From NCBI RefSeq assembly GCF_009914755.1, contig NC_060932.1: a stretch of 64,000 bases of DNA, one strand, 5' to 3'. This document shows, piece after piece, positions 14,600-27,582 of the stretch. The notes below the pieces were generated by a model. It did not search any database, was not told where the DNA came from, and saw nothing but the letters and a program-made list of their open reading frames with translations. Source of the stretch: the human T2T-CHM13v2.0 reference genome, Homo sapiens. The stretch's first letter is position 1. Every line of letters starts with the position of its first letter. Position numbers and translations under genes: made by a program.

Positions 14600-17500
14600 T
14601 TCCTCTCATAAGAGTACTAAAACATAACTAACAAGAAGACAAAAATGCAGAAAGGATATAAGATTTGAACCATTTCAGTCAATTTAAGTGGCCTTTAGAA
14701 AACACAATGCTAGGCAAATACAGAATATAGATTCTTTTGAAGTGCACATACAACATTCACAAAATAGACAGATGTGGGACTATAACAAGTGTAAGTAAAT
14801 GTCAGGAAACTGACATGTTAAGACATCATATTGAGTATGTTCTCTTGCCACAAAAAAAAGTATAATGCATTAACACATATCTAGAAAAATTTCAAATATC
14901 TGGAAATTAAAAGACACCCATACCTCAAAGAAGAAATGACAGGACGAATTAGAAAACATTTTAAACTGAAAATACCTATCAAAGTTTTGTAAGATGAAGC
15001 TAAAATCGTGCTCAGGAGCAATTTTATATCTTTAGATGCTTTTGCTTGCAAAGAAGAGAGATCTGAAAGCAGTGAATTAATGACTTTTGGTGAGACATTA
15101 GAGAAAGAAGAACAACATAAGCTAAACTAAGTATATCAGAAGTCAATGAAACAGAAAATAGGCAAACAATAGAAAATATTAACAAACCTAAAAGTTTGTT
15201 CTTTGAAATGGTTGATAAAATTGGTAAACCTCTGGTCAGTGTTAAGGAAGAAAAAGAGAGAAAACACAGATTACCAATATTACAAATAAAAAAGAATTAT
15301 AGATAATAAAGGAATGTTATACACAATTTTATGACAATAAATTCAACACTTTAGATGAAATGAGCAAAAATTATTGAAAGTCAAAACTAACTAAAATTGA
15401 CACAAAAAGTAGTAAAACATCCAAATAACCCTATAACTGTTGAAATAGATTTGCAGTTTAAAAGCATCCTACAAGAAAATGCATTTAACTTCACTGCTTA
15501 CTTTTATCATACATTTAGGTAAGAAATAATACCAGTTTCATACATATTCAGGAAACAAAGGAGGTAGAAACATTTTCTAACTCATGAGGCCAGTATAACT
15601 TCAACACTTAAATGAGACAAGGATATTTTAAGAAAAATGAAATTATAGACAAGTACCCCTCCTGAATATAGTCACAGAAATCTTTATCAAAATGTTAGCA
15701 AATGTATAAAACTGATGATATGGCCTAAATAAATGGGGTTACTATGAGGAAAGCAAGATCAGTTTTACATTAGAAAATTGATCAGTCAGCAAAATTCACC
15801 ACATTAACATAGTAAGAAAGCAAAGTTGCATGATCACACCAGTAGGAAAAAAAGCATTTGAAAAAGCTCAATGTTCATTTAAGACAAAAATTATCAGAAA
15901 ATTTGGAATAGAAGGGAACTTAATCTGATAAAGAGTAATTATAAAAAAATCTATTGCTGATGTTATGTATAATGGTGAAAGTCTGATGCCTTTCACCTAA
16001 AACTGGGTCAAGGATGTCTACTCTCACCATGTCAACATTGTATTGAAAGTCTTAGGTAAGTAAAGTGAAAAAAGGAAAAATATAAAGATGAGAAAGGAAG
16101 AAATAAAACTATCTTTTCACAGATGACATGGTTGTGTATGTGGAAAATCGTAAGTAATCAAGAAAAAAAACCCTACTAGAGTTAATACATGAATTAAATG
16201 AATTTTAGTAAGGTCACAGGATTCAGGGTATTCAAGGTCAGTATTCAAAATTCAGTTGTATATCTATATATTAACAACAAACAATTGCAAGAGTAAATTT
16301 TTAAACATAGCATTAAAAAAATTAGCCATAATTTAACAGTATGTAAGATTTCTGTTATGAATATAAAACATGAATGAGAGAAATTAACACCTAAACAAAG
16401 GAGAGATATACCATGTTCATGGACTGAAGGATTAAATATTGTTTATATGCTGTTTCTTTCAAGTTGATCTGTAGCTTCAATAAAATCCCAATCAAAACCC
16501 CAACAGACTTTTTTGTAAAAACGTATAAATTGATTTTAAAATTCAGATGAAAGTACAAAGGACCTGGAGTAGCTAAACAGTTTTGAAAAGGAAAAATAAA
16601 GTTGAAGAATTTACACTGCCTAATTTCAATACTTGATTTATAAAGCCAGAGTAGTCAAGACATTATTGGTATAAGAGTACACAAAGAGATCAAGATAACA
16701 GAATGGAGAGTCCTATCAAAAACTTAAGTGATTTTTGATAAAGGAATCAAAACAATTTAATGAGGAAAAGAAAATATTTTCAACAAATGTCCTGGAACAA
16801 CTAGATAAGCTAAAAGAAAAATACTAATCTCAATCCCTACCTTCCACCAAACACAAACATTAATTATTAAGTTGGGTAATCAATGTCTATGTAAAAGCTA
16901 AAATCAAAATTTCTAAAAGAAAACATAGGAAAGAGTCCTCTCAGTCTTAAAATGAGCAAAAAGATTTCTTAGGACACACAAAGTACTAAACAAAATTGGT
17001 AAATTGGTCTTCATCCAAATTAAAAACTTACCATTAAAAGACTCCAGTAAGCAAATGAAAAGGCAGACCACAAACTCAGAAAATACAGTATACACAATAC
17101 CAATATCTGATAAAGAACCCCTACAACTGAAAAATAAAAAGACAATTTTCAGTGGCCAAGACAGTAGTTGTTTTACAAAAGGAATGTTTGAATCGCCAAT
17201 AAGCATGTGTAAAAGTGTTTAAAATCATTCGTTAACAAGGAAATGCAAATTTAAGATACCATTTTGTGCCCAATAAAATGAGAGAATTGAATATATTCAC
17301 AGAAAGATATATGTGAATGTTTATGACAGTTTTATTCATAGTTGCCCAATGTCCATTAGCACGAGAACAGACAAATGGTGATAATATAATGAAATACTAT
17401 TCAGCAATAAAAAGGAACACAATTTTTGGGGTAAATCTGAAAAACATATTAAGTAACAGAAATCAGACATAAAAGAAGACAGTTTGTTGGACTGTTCATA

Positions 17501-17763
17501 GAGCCTGTATAGACCATTTACGTGAAGTTTAAGAACAAGCACCACTAATCTTCAGTGATGGAGATCAGAACATAGTTGTTGCATGTGGATGTATGTGTAT
17601 GGGTATGTCAGAGTGGGGAGAAATTGACTGGTTAGGGACATGAAACATTTTGGGGGTGATTGAAAGTGTTCAGTATCTCTTGAACCCAGGAGGTGGAGGT
17701 TACAGTGAGCCAAGATCACACAATTGCACTCCAGCCTGGGTGACAAGAGTAAAACTCCATCTC

Positions 17764-17794
<31 letters not shown>

Positions 17795-19322
17795 AAGTGT
17801 TCATTATCTCTATTGGGCTGTGATTTACATGGGTGTGATTTACATGAGTGTATACATTTGTCAATTTTTGTCAAACAGTACCCTTAAGATCAGTTTATTT
17901 CATTCTGTGAAAATTATCCCTTAATAAAAAATTTAAGTGTATTGTAAATACTGGAACAATTGCAAAATTGTTAGTTACCAAAAATAGATATACCAGGAAA
18001 ATATAAGAAAACCAACTGAATAACTTAACAATTGAGGACAGTTTGCAGTTAAAAATAATTATATGAAATTAATATCTGTGCATTTATTAATTAAAATGAA
18101 AACACTCTTAACCATGAGCTAATAAATTCAAAGAAGTATATAAGACTTACATGAAGAAACTATATATCTCTGAAATATGCTTAAGAATATTTATATAAAT
18201 GGAAACATCTTATTCTTGAATAGGAAGTTAACATAGATGTCAGTTTTCTGTAGATTAAGCTATCATTTTAGTAAGATAATTTTTTTTAAGTATTTGAACA
18301 AATGATGCTAAGGTCAATGTGAAAGAATCCACATGCAAGAGCAGTCAGGAAAATGCTGTAGAAAGAAACAAGGGAGTATTTGCCTTGCTTGGTAGAAAAA
18401 CATATGACAGATCTTTGGTACTTACACCAGATTGGACCTGCATATGGGTGAGTGGAAGAGAGGAAAATTCAAGTATAGAAGGTATCTGTGGTAAAGATAA
18501 GATTTCAGATTTTCAAAGAAAAGGGCAACTGTTGAGTTGATCTCATTTGGACAACTGCTGAACACTACTGACCAGCGAGGAAGGGTCGGGGGAAGTTTTC
18601 CACTTCACTTCTTTTGCCAAGGTAGACAGCTTCACTCATTGTTTAGAAAAATACATAAAAACACTAGAATTAATACAGGAGTATTTCTTGTAATCTTGAT
18701 GTAGAGGGAAAGTTTTTCTTAGCATAACTAAAAAACTAAAAATTATAAGGAAATAATTGATTTTTTTTGGTAAGGCTTTTAAGCATTTGGCAACAAAAAA
18801 AGTTGAGAATTAAATAATGAATTGGAGGAAAGCATCTGTATCATATGACAAAAGGTTAGTTTCCCAAATTGATAAGAGAAAAATATCTGAGTAGGATTAG
18901 AGGCAGTGGACTTAAATAGGCAGTTTACATTTTCAAAGAAATGTAAAATGGATACTACAAAGATACTTACCATTAATAGTAACATAGAATTTAAAAATGA
19001 AAATAAGAATGAATTATCTCCTACCTCTCAGATTGGCAAAGCTGTTTTAAAAAGACTGACTATATCTAATATTTGTAACAGTGTAAAAGGCACAGTGAAA
19101 TGCTGAAAGTGTAAATTGCTGGTATTCCGGCAATATGTATGTACCAAAGTCAACATTTTGAGTACACTTTGATGCAGAAATTCTACTTGTAAGACTATAA
19201 ACCAAGGTGACAATCAGTCGGAATAAAATTATGTATGTATAAGAACAGACTTTTTAACATTATTTATCATGATGAAAAAATGAAAATGAACCTGCATTTG
19301 TTCTCTGGATTAAATCAAGTAT

Positions 19323-19360
<38 letters not shown>

Positions 19361-19500
19361 GAAATACCATTCTGTCATCAAAAAAGATAATATCTGTATA
19401 CATGAAATAATTTTTTACTAATGAAACAAAGCTCACAAGAATGGGTAGAGTATAATCGCATTTAAAATTGTATATACATATTTTCCAAGGAAAATGTCTG
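14600..19500 (+). mobile_element. Ancient degraded LINE-1 (L1M) ORF2/3' sequence, probably more than one fragment
   Basis: A-rich sense strand with L1 ORF2 hallmarks (cacagatgacatggttg, ccatgttcatgga); many stops; boundaries approximate. Confidence 0.8.
17681..17792 (+). mobile_element. 5'-truncated Alu (right-arm end plus long poly-A) inserted in old L1
   Basis: tgaacccaggagg...actccatctc-A-tail; TSD gaaagtgttca(g/t)tatctct at 17662-17680 and 17793-17811. Confidence 0.9.
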
Positions 19501-19697
19501 CTTTAGACTTAAAAACAGTTTGACACTACTGCAGTCTGTTTCCCATGCAGCCTTGTAGCTGGCCAGTAACTACAATGGCATTGATCACTGCAATTAAGGA
19601 GTCTGACTTTGATATTCGCAGATAGTAGATAGAATACTCGGTGAAATGAACAGCTTGTAAGTACACCTGCTGACAATGTATTTTTGTTCTTTTATAG

Positions 19698-19803
19698 TCC
19701 TCCTCCCAGTCCATCAGGAACACTGACCATTACTTCTGGGCATGCCCAATACCAATCTGTCCCAGTCTATGAGATGAAGTTTCCAGATCTGTGTGTGTAC
19801 TGA
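19698..19803 (+). CDS. EFR3A: EFR3A last coding exon, PPPSPSGTLTITSGHAQYQSVPVYEMKFPDLCVY*
   Basis: tttatag acceptor; TGA at 19801-19803; characteristic EFR3 C-terminus (PI4KA-TTC7-FAM126 plasma-membrane anchor family). Confidence 0.97.
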
Positions 19804-22432
19804 TCGGCGCATGAAGACCTCAGCATATGATTTGTAAAGCCTAAAAATTAAGGCCAAGCTGAGCTTTCAGGGTTTACTTAATGTGTATTAACATACTTCT
19901 TGAAAATAATGATGGAACATATCTTTAACCAAATGTTTGGCATACCATATTAGAAGTTTTGGAGCTATATATAATTTCGAGTACTTTCAAAGATAGATTT
20001 ATGCCATGTTAATTTGCTTTGAGGTTCCTGTTGCCTTTTTAAGTTGAACATGTTTTGGTTTCACTTTATTCCACTGTTAAGTAGTATGTTTTAAACTTTT
20101 CACAAATGTAATGTTTTTTAAAAAGTAAGCCTTCAGAGGATTGAAACTGTATAAATTGTTTATCTCTTAAACATCTACACAGCCGCTTAGATGTAGAATT
20201 TTTGTTGTTGTTTTCTGCAAAGGCAGATACATTTAAATATATTCCTAGTCCTGGGGCTGCAAAACTGTTCGGTGGCTTTTTGTCCCCATGCTTTAGATAA
20301 GCTGGGATAGGCACCTTGCTATTCAGTTACTATAATAATATGTGATAGGCATTCCTCATCTTCTTCACAATAATAGGACATCTGTTGAATAGCATTCCTC
20401 GAATATAACCCTAAAAACGCCATACTTTAAATTGTCTGGTTCTTGTAATATTGTGTTTCCTGCCAAGAGTTTGACCATTCTGCTTGAGAAGTGTAGAGCT
20501 TACTCTTGGAGTACCAAACTGTGCAATATTTTTACATCATAAGATGTATTAGTTTACAGGCTGTGCTTTGAAATTATAGTAGTATTTTGCTGTGGCTCCA
20601 TTAATTAAATGAGATATATATTTAGTGCAGAAAAAAGACATTTAAAACAGCTATTAGTTCACCTGTGAAGAGTCTGTACATTTTGATTTCTATTAAGAGC
20701 ACATTTATTTACATTTGTATATTATTTTAAATCCTCATAGTCAAAAAATTCTCCAGATGGACTTTTAATTTGTAAGATTTGAACTGTGACTTGTATACAT
20801 CTGTTTAGAATCAATTATATTTGAAAAGCTGCCTGTGTTTTAACAGTCAAGTGTGCTAAAGTTTGTCAATTTAAGCTGCTTTTGATTTCAGCTACCAAGA
20901 TCACAGGTGCACTCTACACATAACACTGACAGACCCATAACATTACATACATCTTAGTGAATTCTATCACATGGTAAAATGAACAGCTTTCTTTGTAACT
21001 CATAAAATTCTCTTAGGACATTTTTATAAAGTCACCTGTTTATAGTTCTATCTTTTCAGATTCCATTTCTTTTTACATAAAACAGCATACATATCAAAAA
21101 CTGTAGCCTAGAATACAGTTTAATTTTTGGCTTTTGTTTTTGTTTAAAAAATTGCAGTGAAGAATGGGATGTTTGTGTTTATGGCTATTTGGGCACCTTT
21201 AGTAGAAACAGACAAAAGTAAGGAAACGATAATAGGACAAGCATACTTGAAAATTTCTGAATACTTAAACAAAAGCGCAACATCTTGAAAACCAGTCTAG
21301 TCATTGAAACCTATGAAATGACACTGAAAGATCCTGGGCTGCTTCTTAAATAAGTAGATCAGCAAGACTTGTTTCAGAGTGACAGTGGAGTCGTTACCGC
21401 TGGAGGACTAAAGGGCCCTGTGGCAGCTGTCACTGGAACTTTGCCTCTTGATCAGGAAAAATGCTTCACCAGTCCGTAAAGCCAAGTTGTATTTTTTTTA
21501 TTGCCCTTTTTTCCTTCTGTATTTTTAAAGAAGGATGTTAATTTTTGACTATATATTTTAAAAAAATCTAAGCAGGGGGACATGCAAAAACAATCATCAT
21601 CCACTTGGATGTCATTTTATAGATTAACACTGTGTGCTTTTGTATGGAAAAAATATATATAATTTAATAGTATAAAAAATAAAATATATATTCATTTGCA
21701 CTTACGTGAAACACAAACTTTGCTCTACAAAATTTCGTGTTTCTTAGTGATTTTAAAATGCATGTATTGCATGTAAAGGAAAACCATTACAATTAATGTT
21801 TATCACACCTTTATCTTGGTCTTTGTTGATTTGGGTTTTGTTGGGGTTTTTGTTACTGTTTTTAAATTACAGTAGGCTTCTATATATCCTGGATTTCTGA
21901 ACTGGTCTTGTTGACAAGGATTCCCAAGAAATGGATCTTTTCACTGGCTGACTCTCCCATATCTGCAAGAGATTCTGCAGGAACTGGGTGTGCACACGGT
22001 GTTGTAGCCAGTTCAGGTACTGAATATTTAGGATTTGGTGAAGTTCACTGTATTGCTATATTTTTGTAGATAAATAAAACTCAATAAATTGTTAATCATT
22101 CTCTTTTTGCTGTATAGAATTGCTTATATCACTCTTTCTTTCATGACATTGGTTAACATTTAAATGTTCCTCCTGTACTTGTGTTGTCTGTGACCGCTTA
22201 TAGAGTTTTATTGTTATTGGTGTTTACCTGAATACCTATGCGTACACACACACATATTTCCTTAATACTTCTGAACTCATTATCTTTTAGAATAATAATA
22301 CTACTACACTTTACCAGCAATTAACTTCTCCCTACCCAAAATGTTTTTCTTCCTGTCTGAAAATGGAACTAATTTGTCTTATTCGTGCTTATATCTGTAT
22401 TAAATGCAATAAAGTTAGTTTTTGAAATGTAA
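19804..22432 (+). other. EFR3A: EFR3A 3'UTR (AU-rich, no obvious transposon, ~2.6 kb); 3' end approximate
   Basis: Follows the stop codon; ends near ATTAAA/AATAAA cluster; repeats resume at ~22560. Confidence 0.8.
22399..22413 (+). terminator. EFR3A: EFR3A distal polyadenylation signal (ATTAAA 22399-22404, AATAAA 22408-22413)
   Basis: Canonical hexamers with upstream TGTA element. Confidence 0.7.
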
Positions 22433-22559
22433 AAATTCACTGTGCAATTCATATGTCAGCAATAAAACATAGATTATTTGTATATAAGTTCATTTTTATA
22501 GCTATTGTTACATTTAATTAAATTTATTCAATATTTGCTTAAATTAAAAATGAATTGCT

Positions 22560-22657
22560 TCTTTTGAGCCCAATAGTTCAAGGCTGCAGTGAGCTAGGAT
22601 CATGCCACTATACTCCAGTCTGGGTGACAAAGCATGACCCCATCTCAAAAACAAAAA
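22560..22657 (+). mobile_element. Alu right-arm/FRAM-like fragment
   Basis: ttgagccca...aggctgcagtgagct...tccagtctgggtgaca...A-tail. Confidence 0.8.
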
Positions 22658-22884
22658 CTGAAGAGCTTTAGTAAAAATCAGTATGCCAAGTGAATTCGTT
22701 CCCATGTACATTGGAAGTATCAGAATGATAACTGCTAGTCATGACAATGACAAGACGTAGTAAGGTAAAGTTCACAGTGTGTGCTTGTGAAAGTGTAGTT
22801 GCCATCTCTGTGTCAGTCTTAATGATTGTCTTTTCAACCTTACCTCCTTGTCCTATAAATTACACAAAGCAGCTCTTAAAAAAA

Positions 22885-22917
<33 letters not shown>

Positions 22918-23596
22918 CACACACACATACTCTCAGTACCCTATCCGCACCTGATTTGCTTATTCTACCACTTACAAAGATGTGCATCATAGCCTAAATG
23001 TGGTTCAGGGACCTCCTTTGTTAGGCAACGTAGCATAGCGGTGAGGAGCTCAGGCTGTTGTTCACAAATTCAGCACCACCACTACCTAAGTGACCTTAGG
23101 CCAATGACTGAACTTTGATCCGTGAAGTTCTCATCTGTAAAGTGAGCATGGTAAGTTCTGCCCTCCGAGGTTAGCTGTGAGGAGTAAGTGAACCACTTAG
23201 AAGAGGTTCCCTGTGCCACGCCTACGTGACACAGAGTAAGCATTCAATAAATGATTAATAATCATCTTTGAGTTCACTACACTGGGACATAGGCAACTGG
23301 GCAGTCCTCAGCTCTGCAGTCTTAGGCCAGCCATTCCACATTTCTGAACCTGTTTGCATGGGTACAAAATGAGCACTGTGTTTGCTGTGCTATCCCATAT
23401 ACTTTCCTTCCAACTCTAACTTGCTGTGATCCTGTTACCTGTTCTCTCATCTGATAAAATTATTGATCTCAAGTGCCAAGTTCAAATGAATGAAAAAGCA
23501 GAGGCAAGGTGGAACATCAAACTCTGCCTCTTAGTTTTGCTGTATTCAGCCTTTTACCTGTACGTTGAATCAGATGCAGACTCTTACGAAGGCACT

Positions 23597-24115
23597 GTCT
23601 TAGCCTAGGTTTCTCTAAAGCAGAGCCTGAGACAAGGTGTACGTGGAGGTATTACTTTGGGAATTGATCTAACATGGAAGCAGAAAAAGCCGATTAAGAG
23701 GATTTCTTGATTGTCTCACTTGAGGTGCCTGGATAACCATTCCACTGGACATTCTAAGGAGTCTCATAAAAATAATCTCAAAACTTCCCAGGGGATGAAA
23801 AATTGGGAAAGCATTTATTATTTGGCTTCTGTTCATGGTTGAAGGTGGCCCTGTGGTCATTAACTCTCCCACATTTTTGGACTGTTTGTGCTTGAGTGCT
23901 GAGCTGTTACCCCAAGTTTCCCATACCTCATTCTCAGGGAAGTCCTGTGCCAGAAGGCAGGAAGTACAGCAGTACAGCAAGCAGGCAAGCATTGCCATTC
24001 CACTTCCATGAGGCAGTCAGAGTCCGTGTGGAAATTGTTATCACAGCAGGGTCTGAAGGGATATGTGAGGATTAGAGGATGTGAAGTCAAGCAAAAGATG
24101 TCCAAGATAGCACCA
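23597..24115. mobile_element. Old ERVL-class LTR (LTR16/LTR33-like)
   Basis: Terminus tgtcttagcctaggtttctctaaagcagagcctgagacaagg. Confidence 0.5.
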
Positions 24116-25962
24116 TCTAGTCTGGTAGTTAAGAACAAGGCTAAATCTGGGAGCATTTGGTTTATAATTTCATATGTCCCCCATCTTGCTCACTGGTTTT
24201 GGCCATAATACCTTTTGCACCGTTGTATTTGCTGACCCTTTGCTTTTCTTATCCTACCTCACCTGCATAAAGGTTACAGCTGTACACTTGTAGAATTCCT
24301 GATTCAAGAGACTTAAGGGCTGAAAGAATCTTAGAGTCAGGTTCATTCAAAGCTTATGTTTGACAGATGAGAACATTGAAATTCAGACTTAAAGCTGACA
24401 GTAGTCATTCACCAACTAGCTTTAAACTAGTAAACTTCTGATTATGACATCAACTTTTGTATATCTGAAATTAGAAATACCATTCAATTCCCTAATACCG
24501 CAAGAAAATATAAAAAGTAATCATCTCAAATATGATCATTGTAAGTCATCTAAATGAATAAAGAAATTGAAATTAGGGATCCAGCACATTCAACTCAGTG
24601 CACAGTAGGCTTCTTTAAAAAAAAATGCTTTACTGAGATATAATTCACGTACCATAAAATTCACATTTTAAAGCGTACAGTTCAGTGACTTTTAATATAT
24701 TCACAATATGAAACACTGATCACCACTATCTAATCCCAGAACACTTAAATCACTCAAAAAGAAACCGCATACTCCTTACCAGACACACATTTCCCCTTCC
24801 CCACCAGGCCTTGGCAACTGCATTTCTCTAGAGACTAATGATGTTGAACATCTTTCCATGTGCTCTTTGGCCATTTGTATATCTTCTTTGGAGAAATATA
24901 TATTCTGAATCTTTACTTTTTGGGGGGTTGTCTTTTTATGGCTGTAGCCTCTTGTCCCTAGTCTGCACTCTTTCCAATTTTTTATTTTGCTGCCACATAC
25001 ATCTTTCTGAAGTGTAGGAAGCACTACTTAAAATACTTCTCAGACTTTCCTATACACAATAGGACCCAAACTTCCTTGCCCAACATTATAGGGCTTCCAT
25101 CGTCGTTATAACACCAGCCTTTCTGCTTCCTGAGGAAGTGACTCTAACATGAGTCCTGTTTTGGATGTGTTAAATTTAAGGTGCCTGGGGAGCATCCAAG
25201 TAACATATACTAGCATGAGGTTGAATATTCAGGCCTGGAATTCAGAGATTTGGTAGTGATTCAGAAGTCAAAAGCATACTGACAACAATTAAAACTGAAA
25301 ATGAATGAGCGTGTCCCAAGGAAGAGAGGGTTTGTGACTTGTGAAAAGCTGCTGGCCCCACATAGACACCTGGGAACACATAGCTTTAGAAAGAGGGGCT
25401 GCAAAAGGGATCAAGAGAAAGATACCAAGAAGTTATAAGAGCTGCTTGTTCATGTGTTTGCCTGTTCCCTTTTTCAAACTATTAGGATTTGAAATCTAAA
25501 AATAGCCTAGAAACCATATAAACTCAAAGTGGGGGAAAAAGTCTTTCTCTCCATCCATTATTGATGTATACTGTGGGGGGAGAAGTTACCATCAGAATTC
25601 TGTAATCTCAGGGAAAGTATCACCTTTAAATTCCCTTTCGGCTCTAGCTTTTTGTAATTCAGTCTACAGTGTAGTGCTATGAAGACTATTTTCACTGAGT
25701 CAGACCTGGAATAATCCTTAGAAGTCATCAAATCTAACGCCTTCACTCTGGCCTTCTGGAGCAGAACGGGACTGTCCCCTCCCTCCGCTATGCAGCCAGC
25801 AAGACGGGCCCAAGGGAAAAGACATGAAATGAACAGTGATTTAGGAAACTAAGCAGGATAGAAGTTGGTGCTTACTCCAAGACACACAGCAGGGAATGGG
25901 ACATGGCGGGACTTTTAAGTTCTAGTTCAGTTAAGCACTGTCAGGATCACCTCTTAAAACAT

Positions 25963-26035
25963 AAGTTCACTACTTCTGCTTAACAGTATTTACAGGGAGA
26001 ACCATTAAAGATTGTTAAGCAGAAGTAGTGAACTT
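25963..26035. repeat. Perfect 23-bp inverted repeat with 27-nt spacer
   Basis: aagttcactacttctgcttaaca (25963-25985) is the exact reverse complement of tgttaagcagaagtagtgaactt (26013-26035). Confidence 0.95.
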
Positions 26036-26247
26036 GATGTGTTTTAAAAGAACCAATATGCTCATTTCTTAGCCAGACACTCAAGGCCCTTCACAATCTA
26101 AACCTACCCTGCAGATTGTTAAGCATAAACCCTGAATTTTTTATAAGATGGTATTTTTACCAGGGATCTGGGATGCCTGAATCCTGCCTTTACAAGTCAG
26201 CCAACCAGGGTGAAATTCTTCATAAGCTGTTAAGATAAAACAAATGT

Positions 26248-26760
26248 ACTTTAGTCCCCCATTATCTGCAGGTGATATATTCCAAGACCCCCAGTGGATG
26301 CCTGAGACCGTGGATACTACCAAACTCTATATACCACTATGTTTTTTCCTATCATACATACCTATGATAAAGTTTAATTTATAAATTAGGCACAGTAAGA
26401 GACTAACAACAATAAGCTCATAGAAAAATTATAACAATATACTTCTATACACAGAAAATAAGGGTGACGAACACAAGCGCTGCAATATTGCAGCAGTCAA
26501 TCTGATAACAGTTTCTAAGTGACTAATGGGCATGTAGTGTCTACAGCACAGACACGCTAGGCAAAGGGGTGATTCACATCCTAGGTGGGATGAATTTGGG
26601 TGGTGAGAGATTTTGTCACACTACTTAGAAGAGTGCACAGTTTAAAAACTCTGAATTGTTTATTTCTAGAGTTTTCCATTTAATATTTTCAGACCTGAAT
26701 TGTCCACAGGTAACTAAAACCACAAAAAGCAAAACTGCAGATAAGCGGGGGACTACTGTA
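26248..26760. mobile_element. MER44-like TcMar-Tigger element
   Basis: Terminal inverted repeats tagtccccc.ttatctgcag / ctgcagataagcgggggactactg, TA-flanked. Confidence 0.8.
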
Positions 26761-26836
26761 AATAGAAAGCAAACTACCACTTTAAGCTGTACCTGACAGA
26801 CATATTGCAAGACACCCCTTTAAAAAGCTCTCCATA

Positions 26837-27078
26837 TTGGGAGGCCAAGGCGGGCGGATCACAAGATCAGGAGATCGAGACCATCCTGGCTAACACGGTG
26901 AAACCCCATCTCTACTAAAAATACAAAAAATTAGCCGGGTGCGGTGGTGGGCGCCTGTAGTCCCAGCTCCTCAGGAGGCTGAGGCAGGAGAATGGCCTGA
27001 ACCCAGGAGGCGGAGCTTGCAGCGAGCCGAGATCATGCCACTGCACTCTGGCCTGGGCGAAAGAGCGAGACTCCGTCT

Positions 27079-27116
<38 letters not shown>
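26837..27116 (+). mobile_element. 5'-truncated AluY-like element with long poly-A
   Basis: AluY-type gagatcgagaccatcctggctaacacggtg; TSD aaaaagctctc...cata. Confidence 0.95.
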
Positions 27117-27119
<3 letters not shown>

Positions 27120-27582
27120 CTCGCTCTCCATAAAGGCTTTCTAGTCCAAATACCGCTCTCCCTGGCAGGACTTTTCAGGAATCTAGACCTACTTCATTCT
27201 CAGTACCTGAGCAGCTGGTTGTTGCTGGTGAGATGTAGACCAAGGGAGGTAGAGCCAGGAGAGTGTACTGATGGGTTGAATTGGGAAGATACAGGAAAAT
27301 TTTCCGAGGTTTTAGTCCAGATTAAGTTTGATGATTGGCTGTGTTATTCACTAAGGCAGAAAGAGTGGGGCAAGAGCAAGTTCATAGTGGGAAAGGATGC
27401 ATCAGGCTAGGAATCAACGGGTTTGTTTTGGCCAAGTTAAGTTTCAGATGCTTACAGACTATCAAGCAAATATCCAAGTGACTATTCAAATATGTGAGTT
27501 TGGAGTCATGGAAAAGGCCAGCGTTTGTGCCGTAAATATGGAAATCATCAGCAGGTTACATGAAGAGAGAAGAAGAGAGTAC

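Noticed and set aside
19789-19803. EFR3A C-terminal LCVY as a CaaX prenylation motif, or stop read-through
   Set aside because: Cys is third, not fourth, from the end; the stop context TGA-TCG is not the TGA-CTAG read-through motif
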